A stretch of 64,000 bases of DNA from an uncultured Acidimicrobiales bacterium (GCA_963796415.1 CAWCLR010000012.1:106145-170144), one strand, 5' to 3'. Shown: positions 18,795-29,300, counted from the first letter of the stretch. Translations and numbers: made by a program. Notes: a model not told the origin generated them from the letters alone.

Positions 18795-19487
18795 GTGCCG
18801 CCCGCCGCCATTCCCGACGCCTCCGAAGGACGGCGCGCCCGGCAACGACGGCAGCTCCTCGCCGACATCGAGGCGGAGGCGCGCCGGCTGCTCGAGGAGG
18901 GCGGGGCCGGCAACGTCTCGATGCGGGCGATCGCCCGCGCCGTCGGCATGGGCCCCGCGTCGCTGTACACCTACTTCGACAGCCTCGACGACGTCTTCAC
19001 CACGCTGTTGCTGGCCAGCTACGGGCGGCTGGCGGAGGCCACCGCCGCGGCGGTCGCCGCCTTCGCCGACGACCCGCCGGCCGACCGGGCGTTCGTCAGC
19101 ATCCTCGCCCACCGCCACTGGGCGCTGGCCCACCGCAACGAGTTCAACCTGATCTTCACCGATCAGCTCCCCGGCTACGCCGCCCCACCCGGCGGACCGA
19201 CCGTCGCCGCCCAGTTCGAGGTGTTCCAGCCGATGCTCGACGCCCTCGACGAGCTCGCCCCCGCCGACCCCGATCTGACCCCCGACGAGATGGCCGCGAT
19301 CGTCTGGACCGCCTTCCACGGCGCCGTCACCCTCGAGGTCAACCACCACCTCGACTGGCTGGGCGACACGGCCGCCCTCCACGAGAAGGTGGTACGGCGA
19401 GCCCTCACGAGCATCGGCGTCCCCGCACCGAGCGCGACCCTCCGCAGACGGTTCGAGCGCTGGGCGGCGCGGGCTGCCGTCCGCTGA
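18795..19487 (+). CDS. TetR/AcrR family regulator
   Basis: GTG start. HTH VSMRAIARAVGMGPASLYTYFDS. Confidence 0.85.
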   Translation: MPPAAIPDASEGRRARQRRQLLADIEAEARRLLEEGGAGNVSMRAIARAVGMGPASLYTYFDSLDDVFTTLLLASYGRLAEATAAAVAAFADDPPADRAFVSILAHRHWALAHRNEFNLIFTDQLPGYAAPPGGPTVAAQFEVFQPMLDALDELAPADPDLTPDEMAAIVWTAFHGAVTLEVNHHLDWLGDTAALHEKVVRRALTSIGVPAPSATLRRRFERWAARAAVR

Positions 19488-19497
19488 CCGCGAGGCC

Positions 19498-20673
19498 TCA
19501 GGCGTGCGGGCCGACGGTCACGGTCCCGACGGTCAGGGTCGGCTTGGCGTCCAAGACCGCACCCACCAGTTCGACCTCGTGGTCGAGCTGCCGGCGCTGC
19601 CTCGCGGTCAGTTCGCGCAGCGGTTCGACGGTGATGGCGAGCTTCCGACCGGAGCGCCGCTGGTGCCAGACCCCGCCGACCACGCCGTCGACGAGGAGCA
19701 CCGGGTAGTTGCCCGCCTGGCCTGCCGGGGTGAGGGCGCGGGCTGCGGCCGCGCCCGGGTACAGCCGTTCCCGAGGCTGCCCCGCGACGACGAATGCGTC
19801 GAAGTACGGCAGCAGGCGGATCCCTCGGTGCGGCTGCGGTGGGGTCCCGGTGTCGCCGGCCACGACCCAGGCGGTGTCGCCCTCCAGCTCCACGCGCTCG
19901 AGCTCGCCGGCCAGCTCGTCGAACAGCTCGACCGCGCGTCGCGGCGGGATGCTGAGCCATCGGGCGAAGTGCTGGGGCGTGGCCGGGCCGTAGGCCCACA
20001 GGTAGCGCGTGACCAGGCTGCGCTGGGCCGCGTCGCCGTCGTCGGGCCGGAAGCCGGGGAGCCAGCGGTGCGGGTTGGTGTAGGTCACGTTGCGGGCCCG
20101 GTTCGGCCCGAAGCAGAGCACGCCGCGATGCGCGGCCGTGCTCGTGAGCTGGCGCCAGCGCGGCCACATGTCCTGGAACGCCGCCATCGTCCGCTCGACG
20201 GCCCACGGGCCGGTACGACTCACGATCGCCTCGGTCAGCTCGTCCACGGTCAGCTCCGTGTCCGCCAGCGCGTCGCCGATGGCCGCGATGACCTCGTCGG
20301 CCTGCTCGGGGGTGAAGCGGACCGGCTCGGGATGCATCGGCACCGACGACGGCAGGGTCGACAGCGCCCCTGTCCACATCGGCAGGTCGGCGGTGGGCAG
20401 CAGGTGCACGGTGCCGCGCGGACCGAACGTCTTGACCAGGGTGCGGTCATCCCAGAGCGCCCGCTGCACGTCCGCCCGGGTCGCCCCGGCCATGCGGCGG
20501 CCGATCGACAGCTCGGCGGCGCTGAGCACCTGGGCGTGCGCTCCACACATCAGGCCGGCGATGTCGGCTGGGCCCCGGTCCGTCGCCGGTTCGGTCAACG
20601 CGTGGCGGGCCATCCGCCGCGCCGTGGCGCCGCTCCAGGTCAGCGAGGCCGGCGTCGTGGACTTCTGGGTCAC
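19498..20673 (-). CDS. winged-helix HTH_42 superfamily protein (YcaQ/AlkZ-like DNA glycosylase family)
   Basis: The GTG at 20673 gives VTQKSTTPASLTWSGATARRMARHAL..., the typical family N-terminus. C-terminal ...YPVLLVDGVVGGVWHQRRSGRKL. The rest of track ORF 19498..21690 is out-of-gene read-through. Confidence 0.8.
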   Translation of the reverse strand: MTQKSTTPASLTWSGATARRMARHALTEPATDRGPADIAGLMCGAHAQVLSAAELSIGRRMAGATRADVQRALWDDRTLVKTFGPRGTVHLLPTADLPMWTGALSTLPSSVPMHPEPVRFTPEQADEVIAAIGDALADTELTVDELTEAIVSRTGPWAVERTMAAFQDMWPRWRQLTSTAAHRGVLCFGPNRARNVTYTNPHRWLPGFRPDDGDAAQRSLVTRYLWAYGPATPQHFARWLSIPPRRAVELFDELAGELERVELEGDTAWVVAGDTGTPPQPHRGIRLLPYFDAFVVAGQPRERLYPGAAAARALTPAGQAGNYPVLLVDGVVGGVWHQRRSGRKLAITVEPLRELTARQRRQLDHEVELVGAVLDAKPTLTVGTVTVGPHA

Positions 20674-20702
20674 GGACGCACATTCTCCACGGCTCGCGCC
20701 CG

Positions 20703-21524
20703 CTAGGGACACCGTCCGGCAACGGCGAACATCGTGACGGCCCAGAAGAAGTGGCCGCGTCTGGTGGCGTCCGCGAGTTGCGATAGCCAGGCCGCGGCTT
20801 CGTCGGGGCTGAGCACGCCGGTGCGCTCGGCAGTGGCGGCCATCGTCGTGAAGGGTGGGGCGAACGGTCGGTGCGAATCGGAGCTGGTCAGGGTCTCGGC
20901 GACGACGAGCGGTTCGCTGATGCCGGCGTCGGCGAAGAGGGCCGGTAGCCGCCGGCCGCACCAGCCGCTGGCTGCGGTGTGCGCCCAGCACTCGACGACG
21001 CGCGACGTGAGGCGCGGGTCGGCGCCGTGGATGGCGTGCATGCCCCAGTCGGTGTCGATGACCACGATCCGCCCGCCGGGCCTGGTCACTCGGACCAGCT
21101 CGGCCATCCCCGCTTCGGGGGCGTCGAGGTGTTGGAAGACGCGTTCGCAGTGGGTGGCGTCGACGCTGGCGTCGTCGAGATCGAGGCGGGTGACGTCGCC
21201 GCGCCGGAACTCGACCGGCAGCGACCGGTCCGCCGTTCGCCGGTGGGCCTCGGCCAGCATGATCTCGCTGGCATCGATGCCGAGCACCGAGCCGGTCGGA
21301 CCGACGATGCCGGCGAGGGCGCGCACGACGGTACCGGTCCCGCATCCGACGTCGACCACGTGATGGCCGGACTGCGGAGCGAGCAGCTCGATGGCCGAGG
21401 CTCGCAGCCGCAGGACCGCGGGCAGCGAGGTGAGCTCGTCGAGGGCGGCCACGAGTGCCGCGGCTTGGGGTTCGGTGTCGACGGCACTGAAGCCGGCGAG
21501 GGTGAGGCGGTCGGTGGTCGTCAT
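20703..21524 (-). CDS. class I SAM-dependent methyltransferase
   Basis: Motif I VVDVGCGTG. The ATG at 21524 forms an ATGA overlap with the upstream methyltransferase stop. Confidence 0.85.
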   Translation of the reverse strand: MTTTDRLTLAGFSAVDTEPQAAALVAALDELTSLPAVLRLRASAIELLAPQSGHHVVDVGCGTGTVVRALAGIVGPTGSVLGIDASEIMLAEAHRRTADRSLPVEFRRGDVTRLDLDDASVDATHCERVFQHLDAPEAGMAELVRVTRPGGRIVVIDTDWGMHAIHGADPRLTSRVVECWAHTAASGWCGRRLPALFADAGISEPLVVAETLTSSDSHRPFAPPFTTMAATAERTGVLSPDEAAAWLSQLADATRRGHFFWAVTMFAVAGRCP

Positions 21525-22370
21525 GCGCGGGTGGCTCGGATGATCCAGGCCGCCGAGTCGTAGAGCACGCCCCGGTCGGTTTCGTGGGCGGCGATGGTGG
21601 AGCGCAGTGCTTCGAGGGCACGGGCTCTGCGGGTGCCGTCGAGCATCCCGCCGAGGAGCCCGAGCACGAACTGGTAGGCGTCCTCGGCATCGGCGCCGAA
21701 CCACATGTCGGCCCGGACGCCGTCGAGCTCGATGTCGATGAACCCGGCTGCGCTCAGGATGGCCCGCACCCGGTCGGGATCGGCGAGCGAGAACGGTCCG
21801 GACGCGTCCCGTGGCGGGGTGGGCAGGTCTCGGCCTGCGGCGAGCGCGCCGGAGAACTCGCGCATCCACGCGTTGTGCGGCAGCGACTGCCAGGTCAGCA
21901 ACGCAAGGCGGCCGGCCGGTCGCAGTGCCCGCCCGATGTTGGTGAACGCGGCCGCCAGGTCGCCGAAGAACATCGCCCCTGTGCGGCTGATGGCCACGTC
22001 GAACGTCTCGGCCTCGAACGGGTGGATCTGGACGTCGCCCTGCTCGAAGGCGACATTCGCCCTGCCCTCGTCGACGGCTCGGCTCCGGGCGATGTCGATC
22101 ATCCGAGAGGAGAGGTCCACGCCCAGCGCGAACCCCGCCCCGGCGGCCCGCGCCGCGTCGCGGGTGGTTTGGCCGGTGCCGCAGCCGACGTCGAGGACTC
22201 GATCGGTACTCGCCGATGCGGGCCGCCGAGAGCAACCGGTCGTGGTAGGCGGCCACCGCCCGGTCGAAGTGGTCGGCGTGCGTGGCCCAGTAGGCGCCCT
22301 CGTCTCCGTCCCAGGCGCGCAGCTGCTCGATGTTGGACGGATCGACGGGGACGTCGTTGGTCGTGGTCAC
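21521..22370 (-). pseudogene. class I SAM-dependent methyltransferase, one frame break near 22195-22215
   Basis: The N-terminus MTTTNDVPVDPSNIEQLRAWDGDEGAYW... (GTG 22370, AGGAGG RBS) is in one frame. Motif I DRVLDVGCGTGQTT and the rest (ORF 21521..22120) are in another. Confidence 0.75.
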
Positions 22371-22390
22371 GGGCGTCCTCCTGGTACTGT

Positions 22391-22421
22391 CCCTTTGGGA
22401 GAGTATGTTCGTCCCAAAGGG
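22391..22421. promoter_or_regulatory. perfect 10-bp inverted repeat CCCTTTGGGA-N11-TCCCAAAGGG, candidate PadR operator
   Basis: Read directly between the methyltransferase start (22370, minus) and the padR start (22428, plus). Confidence 0.5.
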
Positions 22422-22427
22422 AGAGTC

Positions 22428-23136
22428 ATGTCAAGCGCACCCGCGTTGACCACGACGTCCTACGCCGTCCTCGGCCTGCTGGCGGTGAAGCCCTGGACGA
22501 CCCACGAGCTCGTGCAGCAGGTGGACCGCAGCCTGCGCCGGTTCTGGCCCCGCGCCCGGAGCAAGCTGTACGAGGAGCCGAAGAAGCTCGTCGCCCATGG
22601 CCTCGCTCGGGCGACCGACGACCCGGTCGGGCGCCGCCGACGGACGCGGTACACGATCACGCCCACGGGCCGGCGAGCCCTCGCCGCGTGGCTCCGAGAG
22701 CCGGGCGACGGGCCCATCCTCGAGTTCGAGCAGCTGGTCAAGATCCACTTCGCCGACAGCGGCACCAAGGCCGCCGTCCTCGCCAACCTGGCCGCCACGC
22801 GCGCGGTGGGTGCTGGCCGAGAACGAAGAGAACCTGGCCACCGCCCGCGCCTACCTGGACGGTCGGGGCGCCTTCCCGCAGCGGGCGGCGCTGAACCAGC
22901 TGTCCGGGCGCTTCCTCACCGACTTCTACCTCACGGTCGCCCGCTGGGTGGAGTGGGCGTCGGGCACCGTCGAGAGCTGGCCCGACGACGTCAGCCACGC
23001 CCCCTTCGACCTCACCGTCGCCGAGGAGGCCGTCCGTGTGGCGGAGACCATCCCCGCCCTCCTGTCCCACCCCGACGGACGCTGGGCGCCACCCGATCGC
23101 GGTGGGGGGCTCATCGCAGGCAGCGACACCGACTGA
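22428..23136 (+). pseudogene. PadR family transcriptional regulator, one frame break near 22803-22808
   Basis: MSSAPALTTTSYAVLGLLAVKPWTTHELVQQV... (PadR winged helix). The C-terminal domain WVLAENEENLATARAYLDG... continues in the frame of ORF 22597..23136. Confidence 0.75.
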
Positions 23137-23158
23137 ACCCCCGCGGTGTGGCCGGCAG

Positions 23159-23824
23159 TCAGCCGCCCGGGCCCGCCATGCGGCCCGTCTCGTACGCCCA
23201 CATGGCGATCTCGACGCGGTTCCGCGCCGCCAGCTTGGTCATGAGGCTGGCGAGGTGCGTCTTGACCGTGCTGAGGCTGATGTGCAGCTCGTCGGCGATC
23301 TCGGCGTTGGTTCGGCCGCGGGCGACTGTCACCAGCACCTGCTCCTCACGCCGGGTGAGCGGTTCGACCGGCTGGGCCGGCGGCGATCCCGCACGCCGGT
23401 CGGAGAACGTGGCGAGCAGCCGGGCCGTGACGCTCGGGGCGATGAGCGCGTCACCGTTGGCCGCGGCGCGGATCGCCTGGACCAGCAGCTCGGGCCCGGC
23501 GTCCTTGAGCAGGAAGCCCCGGGCGCCCGCCTTGAGGGCGCCGTGCACGTACTCGTCGAGGTCGAACGTGGTGACGACCACGATCGCGAGCGGGTCGGCG
23601 ACGTCGGGTCCCGCCAGCTGCCGGGTGGCCTCGATGCCGTCCATCTCGGGCATGCGGATGTCGAACAGGCACACGTCGGGGCGCAGCCGACGGGCGAGCG
23701 CCACCGCCTCGCGGCCGTCCGCGGCCTCGCCGACGACCTCGATGTCGGGCTGCGCGTCGAGGATCATCCGGAGCCCGGTCCGCACGAGGTCCTGGTCGTC
23801 GGCGATGAGGACGCGGACCGTCAT
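23159..23824 (-). CDS. NarL/LuxR-family response regulator
   Basis: MTVRVLIADDQDLVRTGL...DIRMPEMDG receiver domain plus LuxR HTH (LTRREEQVLVTVARGRTNAEIADELHISLSTVKTH). ATGA overlap with the kinase stop. Confidence 0.9.
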   Translation of the reverse strand: MTVRVLIADDQDLVRTGLRMILDAQPDIEVVGEAADGREAVALARRLRPDVCLFDIRMPEMDGIEATRQLAGPDVADPLAIVVVTTFDLDEYVHGALKAGARGFLLKDAGPELLVQAIRAAANGDALIAPSVTARLLATFSDRRAGSPPAQPVEPLTRREEQVLVTVARGRTNAEIADELHISLSTVKTHLASLMTKLAARNRVEIAMWAYETGRMAGPGG

Positions 23825-24971
23825 GCGGTCGCGCCGCTGCCGAGGCAGCACGGCGTACCACCGTCCAGCCCTCCGTCGCGGCCCGGACCGGCCTCGAGCG
23901 TGCCGCCGAGGAGCCGGGCCCGCTCGGCCATGCCCAGCAGCCCGAATCCCGACGACGAACCGGCGGCCGCCGGTCGGGCGTCCCCGTCGTCCCACACGGT
24001 GAGCCGGACGCTGTCGACGTCGCCGGTGACGACCACCTGGACGTGGGTGGCGTGGCGAGCGTGGCGCAGCGCGTTCGTGACCGACTCCTGGGCCAGGCGG
24101 TAGAGCGCGGCGTCGACCGACGGGGGCAGATCGGCGAGGTCGCCGGTCAGCGTGACGTCGACCCGCGGCGTGTTGCCGTTGCTGCGGGCGAGCCGCTCGA
24201 TGTCCGCAACGCCGGGCTGGGGCGTGAGGTCCGACTGCTCGCCCCGGCGGAGGGCGCCGACGATCGTCCGCATCTCGGTCGAGCGTCCGCGACGCCTCCT
24301 TCTCGACGACGACGAGGGCGTCGAGGACCGCCTCGGGATGAGACTCGGCGACGGTGCGGCCGGCCTGGGCCTGGATGGCGATGGCCGACACGTGGTGGGC
24401 GACGGTGTCGTGCAGCTCGCGCGCCAGCTGCTCGCGCTCGCGGAGCTTGGCCTGATCGAGGCCGCGGAGCCGCGCGGTGCCGCGGAACCGGACGGCGGCG
24501 CCCAGCGCCGAGACGAACAGCACCAGGAGCAAGCCACCGACGACGTCCGCCACGGCGCTGTCGAACGCGCTGACGAGGACCGCGGTCAGCGGCAGCGCCA
24601 CGCCGATCACGGCCTCGCGACCGGACCCCCAGCGGAACAGGGCGTAGATCAAGATGATGACGAACCCGTAGGCGTTCAGCCCCTCCCAGCTCACGCCCGC
24701 GGCGAGCGACGCGACCTCGATGGCGATGCAGGTGCCGAACGCGACGGCGGCGACGAGAAGCGGGTGCGTGCGGCGCCAGAGCAACGCGGGCGCCACGACC
24801 AGCGACCATCGCGATCGAGGCCGGCCGCCACGCCAGGTCCTCCCGGAGGATGCCCTCGAGGAGGGTCGCCGGAACGAGCGCCGCGACGAGAGCCCAGTCC
24901 CACCACTGCGGCGGCGGCGGGTTGGGTGCTCGCGGTTCGGCCCACAGCGAGCGGGCGAGGTCTCGGACCAC
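23821..24971 (-). pseudogene. sensor histidine kinase (HisKA_3/NarX-DesK type), at least two frame breaks (~24803 and ~24280)
   Basis: The membrane part (WWDWALVAALVPATLLEG... then LLWRRTHPLLVAAVAFG...), the H-box ELHDTVAHHVS and the ATPase part (LAQESVTNALRHA..., GFGLLGMAERA) lie in three different frames. The GTG at 24971 is my best start guess. Confidence 0.7.
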
Positions 24972-25103
24972 GACGAAAGCGTAAGCCAGCGGAGCGACCG
25001 GCGGATCGGCCGAAAGGACGAGGCGGGCGTCGGCCGATCGGGCGGTCGCGGAATGTCCGGAGGTCCGATGTGACCACCGGTCCTCCGTGATGACGATGCC
25101 CGC

Positions 25104-27605
25104 ATGCGTGCGTCGCCTGAATCGCCAACATCGCCAACGACGACGAGCCCGCCGGCGCGCGGGCCTGACAGCAGGAAAGCCACGACGCTCACCCGCGTCG
25201 GTGGCTGGTGCTTCGATCATCCGACGCCGCGCCATCGGCCTGTGGCTGGTGGCGCTCGTCGCCGTGTTCGGGGCGCGCGGGCGCGATCGGCCCGGCGTTC
25301 AGCGCCACGTCCGACGTCCCCGACTCCGACAGCGCCGACGGCTTCGCGGTGCTCGAGGAGCACTTCCCGGAGCTCGGGACCGGCGGGCGGTCGGGAACGA
25401 TCGTGTTCCGGGCAGAGCAGGGCGTCGACGACCCCGACGTGAGGGCGGCCATGGAGGAGCTGTTCGCCCTCGTCGACGCCGGGTTCCCCGACGCCGACGG
25501 CGTCCCCGAGCACCCGGGCGCCACCGTCGTCTCGCCGTACTCGGAGCAGGGCGAGGGCCAGATCGCCCGGGAGGGCCCGCTGGCCGGCCAGGTGGCCTAC
25601 GCGCAGGTGAACCTGGCCGCCGACGTCGACGACACCGAGTCGGGCCGCATCGGCGAGGCGATCGTCGAGCACGCGCCCGTCGATCGACGGACTCGAGGTG
25701 CTTCCCGGCGGGCAGTACCTCGCGCTGGTCGAGCCGCCGGCGTCCGAGCTGATCGGCCTGGCGTTCGCCGTCGTCGTGCTGATCGTCGCCTTCGGGTCGG
25801 TGCTGGCCATGGGCCTCCCGATCGCCGTGGCGGCGGGCGGGGTCGGCGCCGGCATCGGCGCGATCGTGCTGCTGAGCAACGTCGATCGACATCCCCGAGC
25901 CCGCCACCGTGCTCGGGCTGATGATCGGGCTCGGCGTCGGGATCGACTACGCGCTCTTCATCGTCACCCGTTACCGCGAGGGCCTCCACGCCGGGACGGT
26001 CGCCGCGGGACGCGACCCTCGCCGCCATGGACTCGGCGGGCCGGGCCGTGGTCTTCGCCGGCACGACCGTCGTGATCTCGATGCTCGGCCTCCTGCTCGT
26101 CGGCATCGGATGGGTCGGCGGCGTGGGCGTCGGCGGTGTCGGCAACGGTGCTCGCCACCATGCTCGCCTCGACGACCCTCCTGCCCGGCGCTCCTCGGTC
26201 TGGCGCAGGCGCGGGTCGAGGTCACCCGCTGGCGAGGACTCCTCGCCGCCGGCTTCGGCGCCGTCGCCCTGCTGGGGGCGGGGTTGGGGTTCGCGCCGCT
26301 CGCCGCTGTCGGCGCCGTGCTGGCTGTGCTCACGCTCGTCGCGAGCCTCGCGGTGCGCCCGCTGCGCCGCCCGGTGCCGCGGCGCTCGCCCGCAGCCCGC
26401 ACGGCAGACCTGGCCCTATCGCTGGAGCCGCACGATCCAGCGGCGCCCGTGGCCGTGGCTGGTCGCCGCGTCCGTCGTGCTGCTCGTCCTCGCCTCCCCG
26501 GTGACGAGCATGCGCCTCGGGTGGCCCGACGAGGGCAACTTCCCCGAGGACACCTACACGCGGCAGGCCTACGACCTGACGGCCGAGGCCTTCGGGGAGG
26601 GGTTCAACGGACCGTTCCTGATCACCGCCGTGCCCGGCCCCGCGTGCCCGGCCCCTCGGGTCGACGGGCGACCCGACCGGCGCGGTGGAGGACCTGCAGC
26701 GGACGCTGGCCCGGACCCCGGGCGTGGCCGCGGTGACTCCCGCGCTGCCCGACGACCCGGCGGCGCCCCAGGCCTACCTCATGAACCTCGTCCCCACGAC
26801 GGGTCCGCAGGACGAGGCCACCACCGACCTCGTCAGGTCGCTCCGCGACGATGTCATCCCGGCGGCGGTGGCCGGGACCGGGCTGGAGGTCGACGTCACC
26901 GGCCTCTCCGCCACCAACATCGACACCACCGACTACCTGGCGGGTCGGATGCTCGTGTTCTTCGGTGCGGTGCTCGCCCTGTCGTTCGTGCTGCTGGCGA
27001 TGGTCTTCCGCTCGCTGCTCGTGCCGCTCAAGGCCGTGGTCATGAACGTGATGTCGATCGCCGCCGCCTACGGCGTGGTCGTCGCCGTGTTCCAGTGGGG
27101 GTGGGGCAGCCAGCTGCTCGGCATCGAGGGCGGCCCGATCAACCCCTACATGCCGATGATGCTCTTCGCCGTCGTGTTCGGCCTGTCCATGGACTACGAG
27201 GTCTTCCTGCTCTCCCGGGTCCGGGAGGAGTACGGCCGCACGGGCGACGCCTCGACCTCGGTCGCCGACGGACTCGCCGCCACGGCCCGGGTCATCACGG
27301 CCGCCGCCGCCATCATGGTCGTCGTCTTCGCCTCGTTCATGCTCGAGGACGTCCGGGACATCAAGGTGTTCGGCCTCGGGCTCGCGGTCGCCGTCCTGCT
27401 CGATGCCACCCTCGTCCGCATGCTGCTGGTGCCGGCGACGATGGAGCTGCTCGGCGACCGCAACTGGTGGCTCCCCCGCTGGCTCGACCGGCTCCTCCCC
27501 CGCCTCGACGTCGAAGGCGGACCGGCCGCAGCCGAGCCTCGGCCGACCGAGGAGCCGACGGAGGAGCCGGAGCCCGCGCCCCAGCTGGCGAGGAGCGGGC
27601 AGTGA
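25104..27605 (+). pseudogene. MMPL family RND-type transporter, about nine frame breaks in the first 1.6 kb; last ~305 aa intact
   Basis: Conserved MMPL segments appear successively in frames 0,1,2,0,1,2,0,1,2,0. Examples are GLAFAVVVLIVAFGSVLAMGLPI, GLMIGLGVGIDYALFIVTRYRE, DSAGRAVVFAGTTVVISMLGL, TLLPALLGL and RLGWPDEGNFPEDTYTRQAYD. ORF 26685..27605 is the intact C-terminal half-domain. The 5' end is uncertain. Confidence 0.8.
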
Positions 27606-27842
27606 CCGGCAACGCGGACGTACGCGACCCGTGTGGTGACGCGGCGGGGACCGTCCGTCAGGGTGGGGGACGATCCCACGCCGACCGGGTACCCCCTCTC
27701 CGGATCGGACGTGAACCTGTCGTGCCCGCCGCAGACGGCACGCCGGACGCGGTGTTCCCCAGCCACCGCGAGGAGGCTGCCGCTCGGCGGGCACGGCAGG
27801 TGCTCCGCGCCGCTCGGCCAGGGACGCAGGCGACGAGCGGTC

Positions 27843-28527
27843 TCAGTCCGGCGCGGCGACGAGCCGGTTGCGGATGGTGCCGACGCCCTCGATCCAGCTC
27901 TCCAGCTCGTCGCCGGGCCGGAGGAAGCGGGGCGGCTGACGCGCCATGCCGACCCCGGCGGGCGTCCCGGTGAAGATCACGTCCCCGGACAGCAGGGTCA
28001 CCACGGCTGACAGCTCGGCGACGAGGCGGGGCACGCCGAAGACCAGGTCGCTGGTGCGGGCGTCCTGCACGGTCTCGCCGTTCACACGGCAGCCGAGGCC
28101 CAGGTCGTCGCGTCGGGCAGCTCGTCGGGGGTGACGAGCCACGGGCCGATCGGCCCGAAGCCGCGGTGCGATTTGCCCAGCGAGAACTGTCCGCCGGCCG
28201 CGAACTGCAGCGTCCGGTCGGAGAGGTCCTGCCCGACGGCGACTCCGGCCACGTGGTGCCACCCGTCGGCCTCGGCGACCCGCTCGGCCCGGCGGCCGAT
28301 CACGACGACCAGCTCGACCTCCCAGTCCACCGTGTCGCCCGCGGAGCGTCGCCTCGTCATACGGCCGGCGAGGCTCGTGGGGAACTTGGTGAACGTGGCC
28401 GGCACGGCCGGCACGTCTCCCGGACTCGGCGGCGCCGTGCTCGACGTGGTTGAGCGGGTGGCGAAGACCTGCCGGGGCTCGCGCGACCGGTCGACGGCAC
28501 GGGCGTCGGACTGTACGTTGCACCCAT
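27843..28527 (-). pseudogene. fumarylacetoacetate hydrolase (FAH/FAHD1/YcgM-like) family protein, several frame breaks
   Basis: The conserved blocks alternate between the frames of ORFs 27843..28538 and 28082..30688. They are LNHVEHGAAESG, ATFTKFPTSLAG, VDWEVELVVVIGRRA, GQDLSDRTLQ, SLGKSHRGFGPIGPW, VNGETVQDARTSDLVF and GDVIFTGTPAGVG. Confidence 0.7.
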
Positions 28528-28588
28528 GGTCGTGGCATTGCCGGACGGAAGCTGCTGGACCGCGGCCCGCTCGTGGTACGACAGTGCG

Positions 28589-29245
28589 GTGATCGACGCA
28601 GTGGCCTTCGATCTCGACGGCGTGCTCGTCGACTCCGAGCCCACCTGGACCGCGGTCCGCCGCGAGTTCGTGCTCGCCCATGGCGGCCGCTGGCCCGACG
28701 GCGCCGACCGCCGGATGATGGGCATGGCCACGATGGAGTGGGCCGCCTACCTGCACGACGACCTCGGCGTGGCGCTCCCTGTGGACGCCATCGCCGAGCA
28801 GGTGGTCGCCGCCATGGCCGCCCGGGTCGCGGCGGGTCCGTCGCTGCTGCCGGGCGCCGTCGACGCGGTGCGGCGCATGGCGACGCGCTGGCCGCTCGGG
28901 CTGGCGTCGTCGTCGCCGTCCGACCTGATCGAGCGCACGCTCGTGGCCGCAGGGCTGCGCGGGAGCTTCCGGGTCACGCTGTCCACCGAGGCGGTCGGCG
29001 CGGGCAAGCCCGCTCCCGACGTGTACCTCGAGGTGGCGCGGCGCCTCGGCATCCCGCCCGGGCGGTGGGCGGCCGTCGAGGACTCGACCAACGGGCTGCG
29101 GGCCGCCCGGGCCGCCGGGATGCGGGTCGTCGCGGTGCCGACCGACAGCTACCCGCCCGATCCCGACGAGCTGGCCCGGGCGGACGCGGTGATCTCCTCG
29201 CTCGACGAGCTGACCGAGGCCGTCGTCGACCCGGCGCCCGCGTGA
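28589..29245 (+). CDS. HAD family hydrolase (phosphatase)
   Basis: Motif I AVAFDLDGVLVDSE immediately after the GTG at 28589. Motif III KPAPDVY and motif IV VEDSTNG. An alternative upstream start at 28526 would overlap the FAH start. Confidence 0.8.
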   Translation: MIDAVAFDLDGVLVDSEPTWTAVRREFVLAHGGRWPDGADRRMMGMATMEWAAYLHDDLGVALPVDAIAEQVVAAMAARVAAGPSLLPGAVDAVRRMATRWPLGLASSSPSDLIERTLVAAGLRGSFRVTLSTEAVGAGKPAPDVYLEVARRLGIPPGRWAAVEDSTNGLRAARAAGMRVVAVPTDSYPPDPDELARADAVISSLDELTEAVVDPAPA

Positions 29246-29300
29246 CCGACGCGTCTCACGGCGCGCCGGTGGCGTGGTGGGGTTGGACGTCGCCTCCCCC

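Noticed and set aside
23821-23900. Possibility that the histidine kinase and response regulator are fused. The frame reading ...GRWYAVLPRQRRDRMTVRV... runs straight into the regulator.
   Set aside because: The frame carrying the ATPase domain ends with a TGA that forms the ATGA overlap with the regulator ATG, the coupling pattern seen all over this window. The alternative needs an extra unsupported frame change. It is left as a caveat only.
27606-27842. 237-bp gap between MMPL and FAH, inspected for a small gene, riboswitch or RNA.
   Set aside because: The ORFs here (e.g. 27633..28010) translate to low-complexity sequence. I could not recognise a conserved RNA fold or promoter. Left unannotated.
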